NCBI RefSeq assembly: GCF_042216475.1
Contig: NZ_JBDGTV010000016.1
Coordinates: forward strand, 26,778 to 90,777
Direction: 5' to 3'
From: Halosegnis sp.
GTDB taxonomy: Archaea > Halobacteriota > Halobacteria > Halobacteriales > Haloarculaceae
DNA length: 64,000 bases
A model generated the notes under the pieces. That model was not told where the DNA came from, did not search any database, and was given only the letters and a program-made list of their open reading frames with translations. Below are positions 28,674 through 37,944 of this stretch, one piece after another; positions within the stretch are counted from its first letter, which is position 1; every line of letters begins with the position of its first letter. Made by a program: the position numbers and the translations under genes.

Positions 28674-29090
28674 GTGCTCTGCGCGACGACCGGGTTGGTG
28701 GACGCACTCCTTCGGATGGCTGACGACCGCGATCCGAACTCAGTCACGGTGGCGCTGGCAACGCGCCCTGCCCGGGACCTCCCGGAGTTGGATGAGGACG
28801 GCCCCGCTCCCGACGAACCAGTGTTTACCGATCTCTACCTTCCGGAGACTGGCGGCTCCGTCAGTGCGGTATTTGGGATGGACCTTTCGACGCCGCGGAC
28901 ACAGGGGCGATTTGTCTCCCACCCGACGGGACCGCTCGCGCTCACGCAAGAGGATGATCTGCACGAGACGGTGCTGGTGGCGGTACCGCCGTACGATCGC
29001 GACTCGCTGGCAGCGTTCGACCGGCGGGGCTCCCGAATCGAACTCACCTTGCTTGACGCCGCGCCCCCAGAGGTTGCCTTCGAGGGTTAG
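28674..29090 (+). CDS. Hypothetical protein with a JAB/MPN-like remnant motif
   Basis: 138 aa with a GTG start. FVSHPTGPLALTQEDD resembles HxHx7Sx2D, with the first His and the Ser replaced. Confidence 0.4.
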   Translation: MLCATTGLVDALLRMADDRDPNSVTVALATRPARDLPELDEDGPAPDEPVFTDLYLPETGGSVSAVFGMDLSTPRTQGRFVSHPTGPLALTQEDDLHETVLVAVPPYDRDSLAAFDRRGSRIELTLLDAAPPEVAFEG

Positions 29091-29296
29091 CGGAGGTAAC
29101 CGAGGTCGTGCAACTGGTCGGCGATTTCGCGGAATTCCGCCTCTGTCAATTCGCCTTCCTGCTGGTGCTGGATGACAATACTCCGAAGAAGGAACCGGAC
29201 GAGATCGGAGGTAGACGAGAAGCTGGTCCCCTCGATAGTCTCCTCGACGCGGTCCGCAAGTTCGGTCGGAATCGACACGGTGGTGTAATCGGTCAC
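29087..29296 (-). CDS. Ribbon-helix-helix (CopG-like) DNA-binding protein
   Basis: 69 aa. The N-terminal beta strand TTVSIPTELADRVEE is followed by two helices. The start codon is GTG. Confidence 0.65.
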   Translation of the reverse strand: MTDYTTVSIPTELADRVEETIEGTSFSSTSDLVRFLLRSIVIQHQQEGELTEAEFREIADQLHDLGYLR

Positions 29297-29378
29297 ATCT
29301 GTGTGTCGGGAGCGTCAGTATTGTGGGTTTCGGGCCGGCTCCGGTGACTTTTCAACCGGGCCCGCCATGTGACCGGTA

Positions 29379-29705
29379 ATGGGTGTTCGGCCGCCAGCTG
29401 ACGACACGACAGACGAGGAGCCGGACGCGCTCGCATTCGGCATCGCAGCGCTAGACGCGCACCTTGACGCAGCGACATTCCCGGCGACAGCCGGGGAGCT
29501 GACCGACCAGCTCGGCGATCCCGCTGTCCCGTACGATGCCGCCGGTAACGAGATACGGCTCTCGGAGGCGCTCCGCGAGACGGACCGCGAGCGGTTCGAG
29601 ACGGAACAGGAACTGCTGAACGCGCTCCATCCCGTCTTCGAGCGGCATCGTGAGCGTGCGAGCTCCAGCATCGTCGCTCAGCTTCGCGGGCTGTTACCGT
29701 TCTGA
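29379..29705 (+). CDS. Small conserved haloarchaeal hypothetical protein
   Basis: 108-aa acidic ORF, divergent from the RHH gene. Confidence 0.5.
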   Translation: MGVRPPADDTTDEEPDALAFGIAALDAHLDAATFPATAGELTDQLGDPAVPYDAAGNEIRLSEALRETDRERFETEQELLNALHPVFERHRERASSSIVAQLRGLLPF

Positions 29706-30716
29706 CCCGTCGTGGCCGGCCGACTGCCGCTCCGTCGGTGGCTCTTGGCGCTCCTCGCTCCCGGATTGTGACGTCGATGTCGTCTCTTCGAGCCGCCGCT
29801 CAAGCAGTTCCTCCAGCCGCCTGGTCTGCTCGCGGGTAGCAGTGACGACGACGTCCGACAGCACGCCAAACACAAACAATTGTACGCCGAGGATAATGCC
29901 GGCCGCGCCTACCACGGCAAGCACCTCGTGAGACACCGGAGGTGTCCGCAGGAACCACTCGGCTGCGACGAACGCCGCCACCCCGAGTCCGGCTGCCAGA
30001 GAAACAGCGCCGACGCTCCCGAAGTAGAACAGCGGGTTACTCGTCTTGGCAAGCCGGTACAGCGTGAGAAAGATGCGGCCGCCGTCTGTCACCGGATTGA
30101 GGTTAGTCTCCGACTCGTCCGGCCGGGCACGATAGGTGATAGGGACAACGGCCACCCGAGTGTCGTGTTTGACCGCCTCGACTGCCAGCTCCGTCTCGAT
30201 GCCAAATCCGTCCGCAGCGAGCCGATACCGGCGGAATGACGCTCGAGTAAACGCCCGGTAACCCGAAAGAATATCACCAAGGTCACGACCGTGGACGATC
30301 CGGAACACGGTGTTCGCCAACCGGTTGCCGACGCGGTTGAGCCGGGACATCGCCCCCGGCTCCATGTCCGCGAATCGATCACCAACGACGTGCTCAGCTC
30401 GGCCCGACTCAATCGGCTCAAGCAGGCGCTCGGCGTCTTCCGGACGATAGGTCCCGTCTGCATCGGCCATCAGTACGACCGGTGTACGTATCTCCTCCAA
30501 GACCGCCTGCCTCACGGCCTGGCCTTTCCCCCGACCGCGTTGGCGGACGACCCGAGCGCCGGCCTCGCGGGCGAGTTCGCGAGTGCCGTCCGTCGAGTGG
30601 CCGTCAACGACGAGCACGTTCTCGAACCCGTGCTCGCGGAAACCGCCTACTACGTCGGCGACGGTAGCCGCCTCGTTCATCGTGGGCAGCAGCACGCAGA
30701 CATCGCCGGAGTCCAT
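29694..30716 (-). CDS. GT2 glycosyltransferase, dolichyl-phosphate hexose synthase-like, with C-terminal TM helices
   Basis: The ATG at 30716 was chosen. Motifs are VCVLLPTMNEA, VVDGHSTDGT and ADADGTY, followed by hydrophobic C-terminal segments. Confidence 0.8.
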   Translation of the reverse strand: MDSGDVCVLLPTMNEAATVADVVGGFREHGFENVLVVDGHSTDGTRELAREAGARVVRQRGRGKGQAVRQAVLEEIRTPVVLMADADGTYRPEDAERLLEPIESGRAEHVVGDRFADMEPGAMSRLNRVGNRLANTVFRIVHGRDLGDILSGYRAFTRASFRRYRLAADGFGIETELAVEAVKHDTRVAVVPITYRARPDESETNLNPVTDGGRIFLTLYRLAKTSNPLFYFGSVGAVSLAAGLGVAAFVAAEWFLRTPPVSHEVLAVVGAAGIILGVQLFVFGVLSDVVVTATREQTRRLEELLERRLEETTSTSQSGSEERQEPPTERQSAGHDGSER

Positions 30717-30791
30717 CGGTCGGAACTGGACTCGCCCCCGCCGAAAAGGTTCCGGGCGGGCGCCGACCAATCTCATCCGGTCTCCCAGGTG

Positions 30792-30797
30792 CTTAAG
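30792..30797 (+). promoter_or_regulatory. TATA-like box for the TrmB regulator gene
   Basis: CTTAAG lies 27 nt upstream of ATG 30821. Confidence 0.35.
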
Positions 30798-30820
30798 CCC
30801 ACGCCGCGGTAGCCGTCAGT

Positions 30821-31648
30821 ATGGATCAACCGGGCCTGTTCGACACGCTCGGGCTGACAGAGTACGAGGCGACGGCGCTGGCAGCGCTGCTCCGTCTCGG
30901 TCAAACCACCGCACCTAACCTCGCGGAGGCGACCGGGATTCCCAAGGCCCGCATTTATGACGTCCTCGATTCGCTTGCCGACCGCGGTTACCTAAAGGTG
31001 ATTCCCGGCCGTCCCAAGGAGTACCGGCCGTACGACGCCGAAACGGTACTCGAACGGGCCGTCGAGAACCGCCGGCAGGAGTTGGAATCGTTCGAACAGC
31101 AGATTGCCGACGAGCGGGATGCGTTCCTCGCGGAATTCGGATCGGCCGACGACGAAGCAGCCGCACCCGCTGCAGAGCTGTTTCACGTCGTCGATGTCGG
31201 AGAGCCATCTGAGTCGGAGACGCGTCGGCTCTATCACGAGGCAACCGAGGAGGCATACGTGCTGACAAAGAGTTTTGAGTATCTCGACGCCGTCCGTCCG
31301 TCGCTGTCGTCGGCGCTAGACCGCGGCGTTCGCATACGGGCGCTGTTCTACCACCCGGACTTGCTCGACGACGCCGAGCAGCGCGTGCAGGCGGAAGTAG
31401 TCGAGCAGCTCCGCAAGCAGCTATCGGCCGTGGAGTTCCGCTTCTCGACAGGCCGGCTCCCGTGGCGCGGCACGTTCGTCGACCCGAGCATGGAGTACGA
31501 CGACGGCGAGGCCATCTTTCTTGTTGAGGAGCCAGAGGTACCCGATCACATGCGACAGGCCGCACTCACAGAGAACGGCTCGTTCGTCGCTGGCTTCAAG
31601 CGCTACTTCGAAATCGTGTGGGACCACGAGAGCGTGGCGAGCGTGTAG
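30821..31648 (+). CDS. TrmB-family transcriptional regulator
   Basis: The N-terminal winged helix is LGLTEYEATALAALLRLGQTTAPNLAEATGIPKARIYDVLDSLADRGY. CTTAAG lies 27 nt upstream. Confidence 0.85.
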   Translation: MDQPGLFDTLGLTEYEATALAALLRLGQTTAPNLAEATGIPKARIYDVLDSLADRGYLKVIPGRPKEYRPYDAETVLERAVENRRQELESFEQQIADERDAFLAEFGSADDEAAAPAAELFHVVDVGEPSESETRRLYHEATEEAYVLTKSFEYLDAVRPSLSSALDRGVRIRALFYHPDLLDDAEQRVQAEVVEQLRKQLSAVEFRFSTGRLPWRGTFVDPSMEYDDGEAIFLVEEPEVPDHMRQAALTENGSFVAGFKRYFEIVWDHESVASV

Positions 31649-31722
31649 TCAGAGCTGAACAAGAACCGGGTCTGACTGACCGTCACGCTCCATGATGTGT
31701 GGTCGTGCAGGCCTACAGGATG

Positions 31723-32658
31723 TCACCGCCAGTAAACCTCACCGTAGAGGTAGCCGAGCCCAACGGCAGCCGTCAGGATGAACAAAAATAGCAGCTGAGC
31801 ACCCTCGTCCCTGCTCGGTGCCCGGATGAGGCGGGCGACACGGTCAGGGATATACTCACGGACAAGCCGGGCGAGAAATGTCCGCTCGGCGCCGGTCGCC
31901 TCCGGCGCAAACCGCTCCATTCCTCGTTTAGAGACTCCCTGCATGAACGCTCGTCGAATTAGCCACACGGGGTCTGTCCGATAGCTATAGATTTTGTGTT
32001 CCACCACCGCGTCAGGGACATACCAGACGCCCTCACCGTACATAGCCCGGAATCGAGCGCTCAGTTCCGTCTCACCACCCTGCAACTGCTTGTCGCCCTT
32101 CCGGCCGCCGACATCTGGCTCGAAGCCGCCTAACTCGGCAAAGACCTCAGCATCGAAGGCGATGTTTGAGCCGAAGCCATTGCGTACCTCCCCTTCTGTA
32201 TCGGGATTACCACCGGGACCGAAGCCGCGGCCCACAACGCCGATAAGAAAGTAGAACTCCTCTGGGAGGAAGTCAGGGCGACCCGCGACCCACTTGGGAA
32301 CCATCCGGCCGCCGACCGCAAGCCGGTCGCGCGCCTCGACTGCCTCCATCAGCCGAGCGAGCCAGTCCTCGTGAGCGACGGCATCGTCGTCGAGGAAAGC
32401 AACGAATTCTCCCGAGGCCGCGCTGGCGCCGGCGTTGCGCGCAGCGAGCAGTCCACGGTTCTCAGTGAGCGTCTCGACACGGACGGCTGGGTGGTCGCCG
32501 TAGTCGCGCTCCATCCGCTCGCGAACCGACTCAGAGCCATCGGAGACAAGCACGAGTTCCACGTCGTCGTAGGTGCCCTCAAGGACGGAGTCCGCCGCCT
32601 CGGCCAGCGCATCGTAGCGGGCCGGCTCGTGCGTGCAGACGACGACGGACACCTGCAT
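31723..32658 (-). CDS. GT2 glycosyltransferase
   Basis: VSVVVCTHEP, LVSDGS and FLDDDA are present, with one C-terminal TM helix. Confidence 0.8.
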   Translation of the reverse strand: MQVSVVVCTHEPARYDALAEAADSVLEGTYDDVELVLVSDGSESVRERMERDYGDHPAVRVETLTENRGLLAARNAGASAASGEFVAFLDDDAVAHEDWLARLMEAVEARDRLAVGGRMVPKWVAGRPDFLPEEFYFLIGVVGRGFGPGGNPDTEGEVRNGFGSNIAFDAEVFAELGGFEPDVGGRKGDKQLQGGETELSARFRAMYGEGVWYVPDAVVEHKIYSYRTDPVWLIRRAFMQGVSKRGMERFAPEATGAERTFLARLVREYIPDRVARLIRAPSRDEGAQLLFLFILTAAVGLGYLYGEVYWR

Positions 32659-32754
32659 GCCGGGGCCTGGAACGCCGGCGGCGATATGGCTTGTGTTTCC
32701 TCCGTGTCCCGGATATGAGAAGGCTTATGCGTGTTTTGGGGCACCCACGTAGCA

Positions 32755-35709
32755 ATGAGTAGGCTCTCCGACCGGCTCGCAGCCGAGGCCGATTCATCGG
32801 TCCTCGATCTGCTCCGCGACTACTACCACGTCCCACTGCTGGCGCTGGCGGTAGCCGTGTCACTGTGGATACGGACCCGGGGATGGCGGAACTTCGTCAC
32901 TGACTCCGGGGTGCTCTTCTCCGGGAACGACCCGTGGTACCACTACCGGATGGTCCAGTACACCGTCGCAAACTGGCCGTTCACGATGCCGTTCGACCCG
33001 TGGACTGGCTATCCGACAGGCACGTCCGTTGGCCAGTTCGGGACACTGTTCGACCAGCTTATCGCAACAGCCGCACTCGTGGTCGGTCTCGGAAGTCCGA
33101 GCGAGCACACCATCGCGATGGTCCACCTATTTGCGCCCGCTGTATTCGGTGCACTCGCGCTCCTACCGGCCTATGCACTTACTGCCCGTGTCACCGACCG
33201 GCTGGGTGGGCTGATCGCTGTCCTGTTCCTCTCGCTCACCACCGGCCAGTTCCTGACGCGAGGAGTCGTCGGCTTCTCTGATCACCATATCGCGGAGGTG
33301 TTCTTTTTTACCCTGGCGGCGGCTGCCGTCGCCCTCGCGCTCCGAGTCGCGCTCGCCGAGAAGCCTGTCTGGGAACTCGTCGTCGCCCGTGAGTTCGACC
33401 CGCTCCGAAAGCCGGTCGGCTACGCAGCGTTAGCGGGTATCGCCATCACACTCTACCTGTGGACGTGGCCGCCGGGGGTGTTCCTCCTCGGTGTCCTTGG
33501 CATCTTCTTCGCCGTTGCCGCCTCCATCTACCAGGCTTCGGGCACTAGCCCCGACCACGTCGCACTCCCGGGCATCGTCATTGGGCTGGTCGTCGCTATC
33601 CTCACGCTGGTCACGATAGACACGTTCACACTGAGCGCGGTGAAACTCTCGCTGCTCCAGCCGCTGCTTGGGGTTGGGCTAGCGGTTGGCTCCGTATTCC
33701 TCGCCGCGCTCGCCCGCGTGTGGGAGGCGAACGATGTTGACCCTCGGGCGTACCCACTTGGCGTGCTCGGGGTTGCAGTCATTGGCCTCGGCGCGTTCGC
33801 CCTCGTCTTTCCCGAGGCGTTTGACTTCTTCCGCGGACAGGTGCTTCGCATCTTTGGCTACGACGCCACGGCCGCCTCCCGGACCGTCGCAGAGGCAAAG
33901 CCGGTGCCGCTTGACTCGCTTGTCGGCTTCTTCTCGAACTATTATGGATTCGGCTTGTTCACAGCCGTGGCCGGCGCACTCGTCATGCTATACACGCTGG
34001 CGGTCGCCGACGAGCCGCGGGCCGATCGGCTGTTTTTGCTCGTCGTGACCCTCTTCATGTTCTTAGCGGCCATTACCCAGCGCCGCTTCGAGTACTACTT
34101 TGTCATCCCCGTGGCGGTGTTGAACGGCTACCTCGCAAGCACCGTCTTCGACATCGTCGGCCTGCGCCAACGGATTGTGAATCTTGAGCGGCCAACTGGC
34201 TACCAAGTGATGGCCGTCGTCGCTGTCCTGCTCGTTGTGGCTGCGCCGATGACGGTCGGTGCGCGCACCGCACCAAGCGTCGCCAACCAGCAGGCCTCAC
34301 CAGGCGGCGTCCAGCAGTGGACGGCGAGTCTTGACTGGATGGAAGAGAACACGCCAGCAATGGGCGCATATGGTGACGGCTCACCCGGCGAAATGGAGTA
34401 CTACGGTACCTACGAGCCGACAGACGACTTCGAGTACGAGGACGGGAACTACGGGACACTCGCGTGGTGGGACTACGGCCACTGGATAACGGTCCTCAGC
34501 AAACGGGTCCCCAACGCCAACCCGTTCCAGCAAAACGCTGGCTTTGCCGCCGACGTACTGCTCGCTCCTGATGAGGATACTGCCGTCGAGATGCTGGAGA
34601 ACGGAGGCAGCGAGGAGACACGGTACGTCATCGTCGACTATCCACTCGGCGTTCCGGGCACCCGCAAGTATAGCGCGCCCACCGCTTTCGAGTCACGGTA
34701 CGACATTCAGCCGAACGACCTCCGACGGACTATCTTTGACCGCGGCTCCGTCGAGCAGGCTATCCGGCAAGGGGATGCTCGGTTGGTGCGGCGGGCCGTG
34801 ACACTCAACCGACCGCGAGCATACGACAGCCTCCGGGTCCGACTCTACCAGTTCCATGGTAGCCGTATCTCGCCGCGGTCGAACGGCCAAGTCGTCGTGT
34901 TCGACTGGGCAACGGATATCCGTGGCGTGCCGACAACGCCGGCACAGGGGAATCTCACGAAAACGTTCCAAAATCGCTCTGCCGCCGAGGACTTCGTCGC
35001 CGCTGACGGCACCTCCCAAATCGGCGGCACACCAAATCTCCCCGCTAAGACGGTACCAGCACTCGAGCATTTCCGGCTCGTGCACGCGAGCAATGAGTCG
35101 CGCATCGGCCAAGGACGACAAGTGTACGCCGCCGTGAAGACGTTCGAGCGGGTACCCGGCGCGACGGTCCGTGTCGAAGGGCCGCCGAACACGACGGTCA
35201 TCGCCGCGGTCCAGATGGAGATGACCGCACGCGACCGCCAACGGCTCGGTCTAACGGGTGATGGCCGCATCAGTACTGTCTCGACAGGCCGACAGCAGAC
35301 GTTTGTTTACCGCCAGCAGGCGCGTACGAACGGGGACGGTGTGGCAACGTTCACACTGCCGTACTCAACGACGGGCTACGAGGCGTACGGCACAGAGGCC
35401 GGCTACACGAACGTCAGCGTGCGCGCGACCGGTCCCTACCGATTCTCAACGCCGGTGCGGCAGGACAGCGAGACGTTGACGACGTACTACTTCAACGCCA
35501 CTGCTGACGTGACCGAAGGCCAGGTAATCGGCGAGAACGAGTCAACGACGACGGTCGAACTCGAACGGACGGTGCTTGACAAGCCAGAAGGCGCGAACAA
35601 CACCTCCGCATCGCTCACGACGCCGTCGCTGCCGGAGACATCGACGGAGCCGCAGGATGCCCGCAAGCCCGCCACGGACACTAGGCTCATCGCGGCGCGA
35701 GCCTCGTAG
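32755..35709 (+). CDS. aglB: Archaeal oligosaccharyltransferase (STT3 family)
   Basis: About 984 aa, with an N-terminal polytopic domain and the WWDYGHW catalytic motif. ATG 32755 is preferred over GTG 32731. Confidence 0.92.
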   Translation: MSRLSDRLAAEADSSVLDLLRDYYHVPLLALAVAVSLWIRTRGWRNFVTDSGVLFSGNDPWYHYRMVQYTVANWPFTMPFDPWTGYPTGTSVGQFGTLFDQLIATAALVVGLGSPSEHTIAMVHLFAPAVFGALALLPAYALTARVTDRLGGLIAVLFLSLTTGQFLTRGVVGFSDHHIAEVFFFTLAAAAVALALRVALAEKPVWELVVAREFDPLRKPVGYAALAGIAITLYLWTWPPGVFLLGVLGIFFAVAASIYQASGTSPDHVALPGIVIGLVVAILTLVTIDTFTLSAVKLSLLQPLLGVGLAVGSVFLAALARVWEANDVDPRAYPLGVLGVAVIGLGAFALVFPEAFDFFRGQVLRIFGYDATAASRTVAEAKPVPLDSLVGFFSNYYGFGLFTAVAGALVMLYTLAVADEPRADRLFLLVVTLFMFLAAITQRRFEYYFVIPVAVLNGYLASTVFDIVGLRQRIVNLERPTGYQVMAVVAVLLVVAAPMTVGARTAPSVANQQASPGGVQQWTASLDWMEENTPAMGAYGDGSPGEMEYYGTYEPTDDFEYEDGNYGTLAWWDYGHWITVLSKRVPNANPFQQNAGFAADVLLAPDEDTAVEMLENGGSEETRYVIVDYPLGVPGTRKYSAPTAFESRYDIQPNDLRRTIFDRGSVEQAIRQGDARLVRRAVTLNRPRAYDSLRVRLYQFHGSRISPRSNGQVVVFDWATDIRGVPTTPAQGNLTKTFQNRSAAEDFVAADGTSQIGGTPNLPAKTVPALEHFRLVHASNESRIGQGRQVYAAVKTFERVPGATVRVEGPPNTTVIAAVQMEMTARDRQRLGLTGDGRISTVSTGRQQTFVYRQQARTNGDGVATFTLPYSTTGYEAYGTEAGYTNVSVRATGPYRFSTPVRQDSETLTTYYFNATADVTEGQVIGENESTTTVELERTVLDKPEGANNTSASLTTPSLPETSTEPQDARKPATDTRLIAARAS

Positions 35710-36666
35710 ATGGGCGCCGACAACCGCCCAGACGGCGGGGGGCGGCACCCTGCGGCGGTTATCTACCTGAAGGGTGTCTGCATGGGTGCCGCCGACGCCG
35801 TCCCGGGCGTCTCCGGTGGCACTATCGCACTCATCGTCGGTGTCTACGAGCGGTTAGTCTCGGCACTGACGGCACTGGACCCGCGCGTACTCCGGCACGT
35901 GAGCCGGCTCCACACCCAGGACGGCCGGCGCGCGCTGGTGCGAGACCTCGCAGCGATGGACGTCCCGTTCCTCGTCGCGCTCGGACTCGGCGTGGTTACC
36001 GCGGTGGTTGCGATGTCCGGCGTGATGCACGTCGCCGTCACCGAGTACCCCGGGCTGACGTACGCCTTCTTTTTCGGGCTCATCGCGGCCAGCGCCGTCG
36101 TCCTGCGGGAGGAACTGTGGCTGGCGGCCCCTCAGGGCGTGGCGGCTGCTGGCGCCGGCTTCACGCTCGCGTTCTTGCTGTCTGGAGTCGCCCGGAACGG
36201 CCTGCTCGCGCCGTCGCTGCCGGTCCTGTTCGTCTCTGGGATGATCGCGGTATCGGCGATGATTCTGCCGGGCGTCTCTGGCTCGTTCATACTCGTGCTG
36301 CTCGGCCAGTACGAGTTCCTTACCGGAGCACCAGGCGCCTTCCTGTCGGCACTGGTGGCGACCCTGCGGGGCGGGTCAGCCGACCTCGCGTCCGCGACGG
36401 CAGTAGTGGTCGTCTTCGTCGCGGGCGCCGTTGTCGGGCTGTTGACCATCTCCCACGCCGTCAGCTACGCGCTTGCGACCCACCGTCGGCTGACACTCAC
36501 CTTCCTCGTGGCGCTGGTCGTGGGTGCGTTGCGGGCGCCCGCGATAGAGGTGGCCGATGCCGTCGCGCGGACGCCGGCGGCGCTGGCTGCCGTCACCGTC
36601 GCGGCACTCGTCGGCGCGGGGCTGGTGCTCGCGCTCGACCGGACTACGGACGACCTTGACTACTGA
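35710..36666 (+). CDS. DUF368-family polytopic membrane protein
   Basis: The ATG directly follows the aglB TAG. The duplicated signature is AVPGVSGGTIALIVGVY and LPGVSGSFILVLLGQY. Confidence 0.85.
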   Translation: MGADNRPDGGGRHPAAVIYLKGVCMGAADAVPGVSGGTIALIVGVYERLVSALTALDPRVLRHVSRLHTQDGRRALVRDLAAMDVPFLVALGLGVVTAVVAMSGVMHVAVTEYPGLTYAFFFGLIAASAVVLREELWLAAPQGVAAAGAGFTLAFLLSGVARNGLLAPSLPVLFVSGMIAVSAMILPGVSGSFILVLLGQYEFLTGAPGAFLSALVATLRGGSADLASATAVVVVFVAGAVVGLLTISHAVSYALATHRRLTLTFLVALVVGALRAPAIEVADAVARTPAALAAVTVAALVGAGLVLALDRTTDDLDY

Positions 36667-36705
36667 CGCCGGCGGAGTTTAGTGGCCGGGGGCGGGAGCA
36701 GCGGC

Positions 36706-37212
36706 ATGGTTGTACGCTCGTTTGACGGGATGGAACCGGAGATACACGAGACAGCGCGAATCGACGAGGCAGCCGTCGTCGTCGGTGACGTGGTGCTTGA
36801 GGCCGACGCGTCGGTGTGGCCGAACGCCGTCCTCCGGGGTGACCGCGGACAAATTCGGGTCGGCGAGGCGGCCAACGTCCAAGATGGTGTCGTTTGTCAT
36901 GAGGGAGCCGAACTTCGAGCTGGGGCGACGGTCGGGCACAACGCCATCGTCCACGCGGCGACAGTCGGCGAGCGCGCGCTCGTCGGTATGGGCGCGACAG
37001 TGCTTGACGGCAGCGTGATCGGTGAAGCAGCGATGGTCGCGGCCAATGCGCTCGTCCCGGAGGGGACAGATGTGCCCAGACAGACGCTCGCTGCCGGCGT
37101 CCCCGCGGAGGCAAAGACTACCTTCGAGGAGTCACCGTGGGCGGCTGCCGGCGAGGAGTACATCCGGCTCTCACAACTCCACGAGGAGACCAGCGAGCGG
37201 CTCGACGAGTAA
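36706..37212 (+). CDS. Gamma-class carbonic anhydrase / hexapeptide-repeat family protein
   Basis: It has left-handed beta-helix repeats and the contexts VLRGD and VCHE. Confidence 0.8.
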   Translation: MVVRSFDGMEPEIHETARIDEAAVVVGDVVLEADASVWPNAVLRGDRGQIRVGEAANVQDGVVCHEGAELRAGATVGHNAIVHAATVGERALVGMGATVLDGSVIGEAAMVAANALVPEGTDVPRQTLAAGVPAEAKTTFEESPWAAAGEEYIRLSQLHEETSERLDE

Positions 37213-37250
37213 CTCGGGGTATTTTACCGGGCGGGCGCGAGTCACCCGCC

Positions 37251-37670
37251 ATGACAGTACTCGCCGCCATCGACGGCGACCGCGACGAGGATCCGGTCGT
37301 CAGCACGGGCTACGACCTCGCGTCGGCCTACGACGACCGGCTGGTCGTGTTGCATGTGATGAGCAATGAGGAGTTCGCAGATCGCCAGGACTCCACCCAG
37401 GAGTACTTCCTTGAGAACGCCGAGGAAACAGCCCGCAACGTCGCTCGCCGTATAACCCGTGGAACACTCGGCGGCGTCGGCGACATCCAGTTCCGCGGCG
37501 CGGTCGGACCGGTCGCCGAGACGATAATCGAGTTTGCAACAGAGGTGGACGCGCGTTACCTTGTCATCGGCGGCCGCGACCGCTCGCCGGTCGGGAAGGC
37601 GCTGTTCGGCTCCAAGACACAGACGCTGCTGAGTGACGCCCAGCGGCCGGTCGTCTGCGTGCAGACCTAA
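37251..37670 (+). CDS. Universal stress protein family
   Basis: 139 aa from the ATG at 37251. The C-terminus reads YLVIGGRDRSPVGKALFGSKTQ. Confidence 0.8.
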   Translation: MTVLAAIDGDRDEDPVVSTGYDLASAYDDRLVVLHVMSNEEFADRQDSTQEYFLENAEETARNVARRITRGTLGGVGDIQFRGAVGPVAETIIEFATEVDARYLVIGGRDRSPVGKALFGSKTQTLLSDAQRPVVCVQT

Positions 37671-37876
37671 GCGGGGACAAGCCGGGTACGCCCACCGCGT
37701 CGCTCAAGATACACCTCTGCGTCCGCTCGTCGGGCGTACGTGGCCACCCGGTCGAACGGAAGATCAGTGACGTCAAGCCCATCGCCGCTGTCCGCGAGCC
37801 ACGTCGCCGGGGGAAGGTCGGGCCGCTCGTCGGTTGCCCGCTCCTCGGTCCGCACTGTATCTATGCTGATGCTCAT
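37667..37876 (-). CDS. Small hypothetical protein
   Basis: 69-aa acidic ORF. A TATA-like GATTTAAGA lies about 30 nt upstream on the minus strand. Confidence 0.45.
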   Translation of the reverse strand: MSISIDTVRTEERATDERPDLPPATWLADSGDGLDVTDLPFDRVATYARRADAEVYLERRGGRTRLVPA

Positions 37877-37944
37877 AGCTATACGAAGGAGCGAATGGCA
37901 TCTTAAATCGAGCCTCCCGCGCGGTGAAAGTGAAAATGAATACT

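Noticed and set aside
31649-31722. The inverted repeat AGTCAGA-N17-TCTGACT between the convergent TrmB and GT2 genes as a terminator.
   Set aside because: It has only a 7-bp stem with a large loop and no adjacent oligo-T tract. That is too weak to call.
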